Source: Cyanidioschyzon merolae
Taxonomy: Eukaryota
DNA length: 64,000 nucleotides
Assembly: GCA_000091205.1 (NCBI GenBank)
Contig: AP006493.2
Reading direction: 5' to 3' (one strand)
The notes under the pieces were generated by a model. The model made no database searches. It was not told the DNA's origin and saw only the letters and a program-made list of their open reading frames with translations. Below, piece after piece: positions 23,023 to 32,262 of this stretch; positions within the stretch are counted from its first letter, which is position 1, and each line of letters starts with the position of its first letter. Made by a program: the position numbers and the translations under genes.

Positions 23023-24462
23023 TTAAAACCACGGCTGTCTCTTCCAGAAAGCGACCTGTGAGCGGACCTGCTCAGGCGCAGTACCGCCAAAAATATTACG
23101 CGCTTGCACACTGCGCAACGGATCGAAGAGTTCCAGGCAGTCTGCGGTCGCTTCCGGTACGACACGCTGCATCTCCGTCAGCGTAAGCTCATTCAGACGA
23201 CGGCCTGAGCGAGTGCATTCGCCAACGAGCGCACCCACACGATGATGCGCTTCGCGGAATGGCACGCCGTTCCGAACAAGCCACTCAGCCAGGTCGGTGG
23301 CCATCAGCGACGGATCGCTGGCCGCTGCAAACATTCGCTCCTGGTTCGGCTTCAAAGTGAGGATCATCTCACGGAAAATCTGGAGCAAAGCCTTGTACGT
23401 ATCGAGAGAATCAAAAATTCGCTCCTTATCTTCTTGCATGTCGCGGTTGTAACAGAGTGGCAAACCCTTCATCATGGCGAGCAAGGCAAGCAGATTGCCG
23501 TAGACGCGTCCGGTCTTTCCACGGGTCAGTTCGCAAACATCGGGGTTCTTCTTCTGCGGCATCAGCGAGCTGCCCGTGCAGAAAGCATCACCAAGCTCGA
23601 TCCAACCAGCCTCCTGGCTCATCCAGAAAATCAGGTCCTCACTCATTCTCGACAAATGCATCATCGAGATACTGATTGCAGCGAGTAGCTCGAGTGCAAA
23701 GTCCCGGTCCGACACCGCGTCCATGCTGTTACGGCACGGGCCGTGGCGAAATCCCAGTTGCTCTGCCACGAAGAAGCGATCGATGGGGAGTGTCGTCGTT
23801 GCGATCGCACCGCTCCCCAGCGGACAAAAATCGAGGCGATTGAGCGTATCCTCTAGACGACCTGCATCACGATCGAACATTTCGCAGTAGGCGAGGAAGT
23901 AGTGGCCCAGTACGACCGGCTGTGCGTGCTGCAGATGCGTAAAACCCGGCATAATGACTTGCGCATATTCTTCCGCAAGCGTCACAAGAACCCGCTGGAG
24001 TGACCGGACGAGAGAGATTAGCAGTTGGATCTCATCACGTAGATAAAGCCGCAGATCGGTAGCCACCTGATCGTTGCGAGAGCGCGCTGTGTGCAGCTTC
24101 GAACCGGGCTCCCCGACCAGCCTGGTGAGTCTACTCTCTAGGTTCATGTGGATGTCTTCGAGTTTGATATCGAACGCGCCGAAAGTTCCATTTTCAATTT
24201 GCGAACAAAGTTGGTCAAGTCCAGAAGTGCACTGCGCGGCATCCTCGGCTGTAACGAGACCCTGCTTGGCGAGCATGCGCACGTGGGCCTTCGACTGCGC
24301 TATGTCATGCTTGTAAAGACGGTGATCATAAGAGACCGACTCTGAGATCCTGGCGACAAGCTCATTTGTTTCGGTTGCAAAACGGCCGCCCCAAAGCGCT
24401 CTGTTTTGGCCCTGCTTCGAAGCAGCTGTATCTGCAGGCAACGGGGTTGCGGTTTGATCCAT
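23023..24462 (-). CDS. ASL: Argininosuccinate lyase
   Basis: Fumarate-lyase signature GSSLMPQKKNPD. Full-length colinear similarity to ASL/delta-crystallin (WGGRF...ENGTFG...HLSR). Confidence 0.9.
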   Translation of the reverse strand: MDQTATPLPADTAASKQGQNRALWGGRFATETNELVARISESVSYDHRLYKHDIAQSKAHVRMLAKQGLVTAEDAAQCTSGLDQLCSQIENGTFGAFDIKLEDIHMNLESRLTRLVGEPGSKLHTARSRNDQVATDLRLYLRDEIQLLISLVRSLQRVLVTLAEEYAQVIMPGFTHLQHAQPVVLGHYFLAYCEMFDRDAGRLEDTLNRLDFCPLGSGAIATTTLPIDRFFVAEQLGFRHGPCRNSMDAVSDRDFALELLAAISISMMHLSRMSEDLIFWMSQEAGWIELGDAFCTGSSLMPQKKNPDVCELTRGKTGRVYGNLLALLAMMKGLPLCYNRDMQEDKERIFDSLDTYKALLQIFREMILTLKPNQERMFAAASDPSLMATDLAEWLVRNGVPFREAHHRVGALVGECTRSGRRLNELTLTEMQRVVPEATADCLELFDPLRSVQARNIFGGTAPEQVRSQVAFWKRQPWF

Positions 24463-25465
24463 AGTCTAGGGTACCCACGTGATGCGCTCTTCTCAGTGCA
24501 ACTTGTCCGAAAACTTAGGCCAGTGCAGATGTGTTGCGTTCCCCGCACTCGAATGGGAAAGTACGGAGAACCCGCCTCAAAAATGCTCGATCTTGCTCAA
24601 GTCTCGTTGCACGAACGTAAGCTAAAGCAGCGTGCTGTGGGTTGCCATTGGCCTCCCATCCGCATCGCGTAGGTGGCGGCCCTGCTCGGGGGCCAACGGC
24701 TTCCAGGAACATTATGATATAAACTGGACATGGCGCGCCACCCGCCATTGCCTCCCTTTTTATGTATATCGCTGCACAAACTGGACATTGCGCGATCCCA
24801 ACTGGTGTTGCGCTGATGATCGCCTGCTGGCGCCAGAACCGCGGGCGACTGCCGGTTGCGCCGAAGTACGCCACGGCCGATACTGCTTTGCTGCGAGCGA
24901 CGCTCGGTATCGCAACGTATATTTGTCGCACAGGATGATGTACACGAGCCGTGGAATCCCCGCCTGCAAGATTATAACCCGCTTCCAGGTAGATAATCAT
25001 CCTGCCGCATTGGAGATTCAAGTTCCACCAAACATCACAACAACTCAGAATTCCTTCTAGGAATCAAGGATCATGGATGCGATTCTCCGTGTGCCGAGCC
25101 GGCAGCGAGCACCCGCCACGAAACCTATAGGACTGCTCTGAACGCAGCATGGAAGCAGAACGGCTTTTTCATACCCTTGTGGACGTCCGCTCGAAGCCAA
25201 CACGGACAGCATACCGCCTTTCACAGCATCCATAGCACCCGCTCTTTGCTTGCTATCGTCTCCGACACAGAACCATCCCGATAAGCACTCGGCAATGAGC
25301 GCTGCCGCGTCGCTGTCTCTCGCAACTGGCTGCAGGTGTCACCCCAGAAGGAGTACCTTACCTGGGGACGCCTGCCATGCACGCGCGCGCAGTCCGCCCT
25401 CGCCCGACGATCCGCAGCGCGAGCGCCGCACGGCGTCGTGCCGCAATGCGCAATCGACGCGGCGA

Positions 25466-25475
25466 TTTTCGCGCC
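25466..25475 (+). promoter_or_regulatory. E2F-like site TTTTCGCGCC, ~120 bp upstream of the HEAT-repeat gene ATG
   Basis: Matches the TTTSGCGC consensus. Location-based inference only. Confidence 0.25.
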
Positions 25476-25594
25476 AAACGCTTCACCGGCAACACGCTGC
25501 CTGCAAGGTGCCATGAACCCTGGGTACGCGCGCTCTCTGCAGTGCCAGGGACGCTGTTTTCGGGAACGTTCTTCTGAATCGTCCAATCTACGCT

Positions 25595-28500
25595 ATGGAC
25601 TGGAAGGCGCTTCTGATTTGCTGTGAATCGAGGTGTTCCACAGCGGGTCCCGTGCTGGAACTTGCTCGACTGGTAGCAACCTGGGACGTTGTTCCACAGG
25701 AGCGCTCCGTGCAGGGTGCAGCTACGCTTTCTTTCATCGCTAGGGGCATTGGAACCGGGTTTTTGGACCATGAGGCTTTACGAATCGATCGGGAGAACGC
25801 TTTGCGAACCCTAAACGATATCCTTGTTGACGACCACCACGTTCGAGTCATGGCTGCAGTGGCTGAGCGCGTTTCCGAGAAGTTTGCGACAAGTTGGACG
25901 CCACACGCTTTCTCTACGGTGCCGTTGCCGCCAAGCGAGGCACATACGCCGCGGACCGAAGCTTGCCAAAGCGTCGGCAACGGCTACGAACAATTGCTGC
26001 GTTCCGTGCTGGAACGATTGAAGGCTCAAAACCCGGCGCTCTTCAGTGCCCCAAGGGTACCTTCTGCAGGCTCGCAGCAGGTGCTACGCGCTCCGCCAGC
26101 GGGTACGCATATGGGCAGCTCTCGAAAGCGTCAGCGTTTAGAACACACCAAAGCAAACAGAAATCTAGATTTGCCGAAAGCACAGTCGGTTTGGTCATCG
26201 ACATGCGAGACGGCGACAGCTACAACCGGGAGCGGATTGAATGCTCTCGAGTCGGCGCCAGCACCATCATCCACGTACAACAAACCGGAGCTCCCAGCTG
26301 GACCGCCACTGTTCGATCCAGACCAACAACGCGTTTTGCATGAAACCAGCACGCTACTGACCTCTGCCTTAGAGGCGTTGGATCACTATGGCGAGTTACC
26401 ACCGAGGGCGGCGAATGCAGCCGTCCACCGCGTCTGTGCTGCACTTGGGATCGCTAGCGCCCTTCCAGCTAATGCAGTTGATGAAGCGCCGGCTCTCCGG
26501 TCGCTTTTGCAACGAGGCCTCGATTGGTGTGCGCACTTGTTGGCCGACAATTCGCCAAGCAGCTGGAGCGCACGCGCAGCTGTTAGCGAATGGGTCTTTT
26601 TGGTCGTGGTTAATTCGTCGAGCTCGCTGCGGGAGGCGCTTCATGAAGAGCACCTTGTTCTGGCGATGCAGACACTCCGCGAAGGCCTACATGCCGTAGC
26701 AAAAACTTTCGGTCAGCTGGTCGATTCCGAAAGTGATGAACACCAAGGAACACAGCGAGACGGGATCGACCAAACGCACCGACAGGCGGGATTGCGTCAG
26801 TGGAACAAGTGCGTGCAGCTTGTTGTTCGACTGACAAATTTTGTGCAGTCTTGCCCCGAGATCGCGGAAAGTCAACGTTTCCAGTCGATATCTCTCTCGC
26901 TGTTTGCACTTCATGTCGCCGACACTCTTCTGGACGAGGTGCTCCGGAGCTCAGAATCCCTCAGCCCGGCAGATACGCGCGAGCTCATCCAACGATCCGG
27001 GAGCCTGTGGTCCTCGACGACTCGCCTATTGTGCCAGACATATGCGGCGTATGCTCAATGCCGTCATCTGGTCCTCGAGGAAGTGCAAACGCTGTTGCGG
27101 CGAAGCCGCTGCGGATACCTCAGTGAAGAGAAAACTCGCAACAGCGTTGTTTCGCCAGTAACAGTCGAGACAAGTGCGGAGCGTTGGCCCCCGCTGGAAC
27201 TCGTCCTGGAATTTATCGATGTTGTAGGCCGCATCGAGTTCGCCCCGTTGCTGGTCGGAGACTCGACATGTTCGGATGCGTCCGTCGATCGAGTGAGCGC
27301 TCGCTGTAGCCCGACCGCGCTCAAGAAGCGCGCCGCCGCCACCACCACCACCAACACCACCAAACCCAGCCCGAGAGACCTCCTCGACACCTCGGCACGG
27401 TTTTTCGACACCGTAAGGACGCTCATCGACGCGCTTCTATCAGGCGGCAAAGCTACAGTTTTTGTTGGAGTCAACGACTGCTTTCCGACCATTCTCAGCT
27501 ATCTGCGCAATAGCATGAGAAAGCTGGAAGCAACAACACCCGCACCGCTGATCTTTCTGCAGTTCCTTATACGTCATACGCAAATGATAGCGAGCACCCA
27601 GCAAGCGCTGCAAGCTGAAGACCATCTGCTTCTCGCAGAGCGTTGCCTTCTCCTTGCAAATTTTCTCGACGACTTTTGTGATACGGAATTGCCGCATGAC
27701 TCAGATGCAGCTCCCCGAGAAAGTTTCTCGCATCTAGTGCAAGCGCTCGCGACTCAGCATCCATTGTGGCTGGCGCTGTGGGGATGCCTGCTGCCAATGC
27801 AAACGGACCATGAAACACTAGTTCATACTACAACTGTCCTAGAATCGCCATCATACCACAATGGAATGTTCCGGATTCAGTACTCTGAGTCAATGCTCTC
27901 GAGTGCTTCCCTTCTCTGCCTCGTCAAGCCTGCATTGAAGCGGATTCACGATTTGCTCGAAAGCGTCGCGTGTTTGCGCCTATCTCAAGTGATGCGCTCA
28001 GGCCGCGCAACGCTTCGCGCTCGCGCTATGCGACTCTTTAGCGAGGTGAGAGGTATATTGCAGCCGGCTGCAAACGAGTGTGCTCCAAGTCACGTACAGA
28101 CGCTGGACTCGGTGCGAGGTAGACAGGAAAATACTCCTGAACTTCAGAGTACAACGATGGTTACAGCGTCAAATCCGTTGTGCATTTTAACTGCACATGC
28201 ATTTCGAACCACCACCAGTGCGTGCACACCCTTTACAGCATCCAATGAAACTGCGTTGGAAACCGCCTCTAGTTCCGTTGACGACATGATCAAGTTTGCG
28301 TCTACCTGTTGTCTGGATGTTTCACCCAAAGTCCGTGAAGCCGCTCTCACATGCTATGTATCGTGGATGCGTCGTGCGCGCAGACCCAGCGCTGTATCCG
28401 AAACGCTTCTCGGACGCTTGCGCGATATCTCGGTCGCTGTTCGCCAGAAAGCTCTGGTTTTGCTGGATGCAATTTTTCAGGATCATGAGCAGCTCGACAA

Positions 28501-31189
28501 CCACGCGTGGTCGCCGATGGCAGCGCATATACTCGCACGGCTGGATGATCCGTCACCGAGCGTCCAGCGTCTCGCTCAGCGCGTTCTGCTCAAACATATT
28601 TTTCAACGCCAGCTTGTGTATCGCGAGCGCGCACCGACTTGCCCCGACACATCCGATGACTGCTTCGACCTGAACCTCTCAGATTCTGACGCAGCATCTG
28701 ACCGAGAGCGGACGGTTGTTGGACAGGCCCTGCGTCGGCGCCGTCTCCGCGTGCGTTACCTGGATGAGCAACACTCCTGGCTGGTGAGCTCTGTGTCGCA
28801 TGCGTCTGCGACGTCGGCTTCTATGGACTTGTCCTTCCAGCGGCTGAAACAAATGCTGAACGCTCTGCCGCAAGCGCTGTCGGTATCCAGTTCGTTACCG
28901 ATACCGGTACTCATGGAGCGTCTCCTGCTAGTTGGTGACAAAATCGTGTGCCTCTTTCGCGCGGAGGCGACGGCCTTGGTAGGCCTCGCGATGCGCGACC
29001 AGGCTTACGGCTTGCTCGCCATCTTGGCGCAGCTTGATGCCAACCTGCTGCGTCCTCATCTGCCGCTGCTCATCGACGAGATTCGCCTTCTCGCTGCCGA
29101 ATGTCCAATCGCTCTGCCCTCAGCTACAGAACAAGTTTTCCTATGGATCCTGCGTGCGCTGATGAACTGTACTCGCGTGCTAGGCCAGGCGCGGGCGCAG
29201 GTGCAGCTCTGGTCGACTCTGGAGAGCGCTGTCGTGCGCCTTATTCTTCAACTGCAGTCAGCGAACGATGGACTCGCTGATGAGGCCAACCGTCTTCTAC
29301 GCTTGTTGCACGATCACAACGAACATCTTGCCACAGGAGCACAACGCAGTGCCGCGTACTGGCAGCGTGTCCGGTGGTTGTGGACGTTCGTCGAGCTCCA
29401 TCAGAACGTTGCGGATGGAGAGTCTGGTGTCGAAACCTCAAGCGCACCTTCAGCGGCAGTGGTAGGTCTTGCTTTGCAGCGACTTGGCAGACTCATTCGT
29501 TACGCGCCGAAGGCACCTCCTGATGTGGCCATTCCCTTGAACAATCTGCACGATCGGTTGCTGACATGCTGCGCAACGCTCCCGGCTGCACTGATGTGCC
29601 CAGCGGCCGAGATGACGACGCCTAGGCTAACGGTACTCAGCGGTGCATTTGAATGTCTGCTGCAGCTTTCGCGCTGCGATGGGCATTTCGCCCTGAAACA
29701 ATTACCTCTATGGCAAAAGCTGTTGCAGTCTGGCTGTATCACAAGCGAGACCACATCAGGTTCACAATGCTTGTCACTGCTCCTCGGCATACAGGAACGG
29801 CTTCTGAGACATCTCGTCGAGTTTGTCGAAAGCGAACGCGCCGTTGGCGCTGCGTCCACAGCAACAGCGACGCTCCCGAGCAGCTCCAGCAACGTCATGC
29901 GACCCATCGTAGGCGGCCGGATACGCGTTCAAGCTGAACCCGACCGCGACAACTCGCAAAATGCGACCACATCATCGTGGGAGAACTGTTCCATCGCCGC
30001 CATAGACGAATCAGAAAAGGAATGCAACGTCATGTTTGGGACGATTCAGTCCATCTTGCCGAGTCTCGCGGAGGTGCTGCAAACGTCGTTGCTTGGCAAA
30101 TCGAATTCGGCACTGGTTTCTGCTGCTCGCCTGTGCCAAGTTGCACTCATCGAAGGCATTCTAACTCCAGAGCGTCTACTCAGTCCGTTGTGCTACATCT
30201 TTTGGACATTGTGGGTTCGGAATGAAGCCATAGCGACCACTCCTAAGCGCTGTTTGATGGGCGCAGATCATCCCAGCGCCGTTGCGAAGGGGGCTTTGCT
30301 GCATCTCCTCAGGGATGCGCCACAGCAGGTAGCAGCGGGCCTCGGCGATGGCCTACTAACGGCCTGGCGATCGTGCTATGACGAGCACTGGACTAGGGAG
30401 AGCGTTGGTGCGAGCGCAGCAGTTGGCACCGTGCACGCAGCCTCCGGAAGTCACGTTCACGTAGCGACTGCGAAGACGCAGGTGTCCCTGACGGACGCGT
30501 TTCTCCGCTTGAACCTGGGATACGAGGGCAACGAGCATGTTTGCGGCTTCCTGTTCTCAGCGCTGAAGGGTACCTGCTTTCGTCGGCGAGTCCTTCAGAG
30601 CATCGTGCAGGCGATCACTGCACCAGCGACCGACGAAAGATATCCGCTAAGCGTGCGCTGTGCGGCTGCCTTGTTTCTCGCAACTATCTCCGCTATTGAC
30701 CATACACTGCAGTCACAAAGAAACCTGCACCACGAACTGCACCTGCTTCTAGAAGCCCTGGAACACAGTCTTGATGAGCTCGAAGTCGCTGTAGAGGCTG
30801 TTCTCGGTTCCGCAACACCAAGTGACACGTCTCCGGGTGACGCGAGCCCGCAGCCAACGGAAACCGCTATTTGCTGTGGGTTTGTCCTGCAGCTTCGCCT
30901 ATACCTTCTGCTGCGAGCCCGGTATCACGCACTACGGTCCGTTGCCGCTCGCGAAGCGCTGGCGGGCCTGGCTGCACCGATCGTGCCGATCGCATGGCCC
31001 GAGCTCCGCGCGATAACGAACGCTGCGCTGGCGCAGTGGAGAGACACCACGACGGATGATGTGGCGCTGGACGAAGCGCCCTGCACTCATCCCGAGTCTG
31101 ATCAGGGGTCAGCGGCCGACGCCTCTACCGACAGTGTACCAGACGATGAAACATGGGATACCGAGGAGTCCTGCGGAGACGTGTCGTAG
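25595..31189 (+). CDS. Very large HEAT/ARM-repeat protein (1864 aa), possibly a condensin non-SMC D-subunit or an Scc2/Nipped-B-like loader. Identity is uncertain.
   Basis: Uninterrupted 5.6-kb ORF. Helical-repeat character throughout, with a ...VREAALTCYVSWM...VRQKALVLLDAIF...VQRLAQRVLLKHIF block typical of condensin/cohesin-loader HEAT repeats. Acidic C-terminus. Confidence 0.6.
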   Translation: MDWKALLICCESRCSTAGPVLELARLVATWDVVPQERSVQGAATLSFIARGIGTGFLDHEALRIDRENALRTLNDILVDDHHVRVMAAVAERVSEKFATSWTPHAFSTVPLPPSEAHTPRTEACQSVGNGYEQLLRSVLERLKAQNPALFSAPRVPSAGSQQVLRAPPAGTHMGSSRKRQRLEHTKANRNLDLPKAQSVWSSTCETATATTGSGLNALESAPAPSSTYNKPELPAGPPLFDPDQQRVLHETSTLLTSALEALDHYGELPPRAANAAVHRVCAALGIASALPANAVDEAPALRSLLQRGLDWCAHLLADNSPSSWSARAAVSEWVFLVVVNSSSSLREALHEEHLVLAMQTLREGLHAVAKTFGQLVDSESDEHQGTQRDGIDQTHRQAGLRQWNKCVQLVVRLTNFVQSCPEIAESQRFQSISLSLFALHVADTLLDEVLRSSESLSPADTRELIQRSGSLWSSTTRLLCQTYAAYAQCRHLVLEEVQTLLRRSRCGYLSEEKTRNSVVSPVTVETSAERWPPLELVLEFIDVVGRIEFAPLLVGDSTCSDASVDRVSARCSPTALKKRAAATTTTNTTKPSPRDLLDTSARFFDTVRTLIDALLSGGKATVFVGVNDCFPTILSYLRNSMRKLEATTPAPLIFLQFLIRHTQMIASTQQALQAEDHLLLAERCLLLANFLDDFCDTELPHDSDAAPRESFSHLVQALATQHPLWLALWGCLLPMQTDHETLVHTTTVLESPSYHNGMFRIQYSESMLSSASLLCLVKPALKRIHDLLESVACLRLSQVMRSGRATLRARAMRLFSEVRGILQPAANECAPSHVQTLDSVRGRQENTPELQSTTMVTASNPLCILTAHAFRTTTSACTPFTASNETALETASSSVDDMIKFASTCCLDVSPKVREAALTCYVSWMRRARRPSAVSETLLGRLRDISVAVRQKALVLLDAIFQDHEQLDNHAWSPMAAHILARLDDPSPSVQRLAQRVLLKHIFQRQLVYRERAPTCPDTSDDCFDLNLSDSDAASDRERTVVGQALRRRRLRVRYLDEQHSWLVSSVSHASATSASMDLSFQRLKQMLNALPQALSVSSSLPIPVLMERLLLVGDKIVCLFRAEATALVGLAMRDQAYGLLAILAQLDANLLRPHLPLLIDEIRLLAAECPIALPSATEQVFLWILRALMNCTRVLGQARAQVQLWSTLESAVVRLILQLQSANDGLADEANRLLRLLHDHNEHLATGAQRSAAYWQRVRWLWTFVELHQNVADGESGVETSSAPSAAVVGLALQRLGRLIRYAPKAPPDVAIPLNNLHDRLLTCCATLPAALMCPAAEMTTPRLTVLSGAFECLLQLSRCDGHFALKQLPLWQKLLQSGCITSETTSGSQCLSLLLGIQERLLRHLVEFVESERAVGAASTATATLPSSSSNVMRPIVGGRIRVQAEPDRDNSQNATTSSWENCSIAAIDESEKECNVMFGTIQSILPSLAEVLQTSLLGKSNSALVSAARLCQVALIEGILTPERLLSPLCYIFWTLWVRNEAIATTPKRCLMGADHPSAVAKGALLHLLRDAPQQVAAGLGDGLLTAWRSCYDEHWTRESVGASAAVGTVHAASGSHVHVATAKTQVSLTDAFLRLNLGYEGNEHVCGFLFSALKGTCFRRRVLQSIVQAITAPATDERYPLSVRCAAALFLATISAIDHTLQSQRNLHHELHLLLEALEHSLDELEVAVEAVLGSATPSDTSPGDASPQPTETAICCGFVLQLRLYLLLRARYHALRSVAAREALAGLAAPIVPIAWPELRAITNAALAQWRDTTTDDVALDEAPCTHPESDQGSAADASTDSVPDDETWDTEESCGDVS

Positions 31190-32116
31190 CCAGCAGAACG
31201 CCTAGCGACGCGCGTCATACGTGTACGCACGGGTCCGTGTAAACCGCAACCTGTGCCCCATGTTTCTTCGTTGCAGCGCTTCCCATGCCGCATTCGCAGG
31301 TACTCCAGTTCCGTGCGCAGTCAGCGGTGACGCGGAAACGCGGTTTCCGCTGGCCAATCGTCCAGACCTCCGACCGTACTGCCGCCTGCTCTCTATATTA
31401 GAAGCACATCCTGAATACGGCGTCTGCTCGGCGCGTTCTAACTGTTTTCTCCGAAAGAACTGCAGTACCGCCGCTGAACATGGGTTAGAGCCAGGGAATC
31501 GGGCCCGCATTGGATTATATCCAACTCGAATGCCGTCGTCTCTAGAGTTCAATAATCGGTCGTTGTACACGCTTTGAAAGCATGAGCGCACAGCGTCTCC
31601 ATTGCCCGTACAACAATTCAAAATAGAAACGCATGCATCTATGCGTACGTGCACGCACGCATACACGCGCTTCCCGCGCATTCGTTGCTGTCGCTGCCGC
31701 CAGTGAACCTCTCCATGTCCGATGCCGGGATCCAGGGCATGCCTGGTCGCATGGATTCCGCATCCCTGGAGCGATGTGTGCACTCAGTTCTGCAAGTGAT
31801 CCATGCAGGGCATTTGTATCCCATGCGTCGCCAATGCATGTGGCATGTGATCTGTCAGACGACCACAGCAAAGGTGTCACAATGCTGTATTGTGCTCGTG
31901 CGGCCACCAAGTCGGCAGTGCAGTTGGCGTCTGAAGCAGACACTCGGCGCACGCTAGAACATACAAAACGACCAGTGCATCTGAAACGAAGGAAAAGTAA
32001 TGGAACTTGGAGGTAGAGTGCAGGACAATGGACGCATTTTCGATTACCAAGATACCCATCTATCAAGCAATCTGGGATCTATGGTCAATGGAACCGTGTT
32101 GTGTCATCAGAAAAAA

Positions 32117-32117
<1 letters not shown>

Positions 32118-32211
<94 letters not shown>
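32118..32211. repeat. (GCGT)~23 microsatellite, ~50 bp upstream of the DNA ligase I start codon
   Basis: Perfect tetranucleotide run gcgtgcgtgcgt... Confidence 0.95.
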
Positions 32212-32215
<4 letters not shown>

Positions 32216-32262
32216 GACAAACTCTCTGCTGTCCAAGTCTTGCTATTGAGCCAGTTGCTTTT

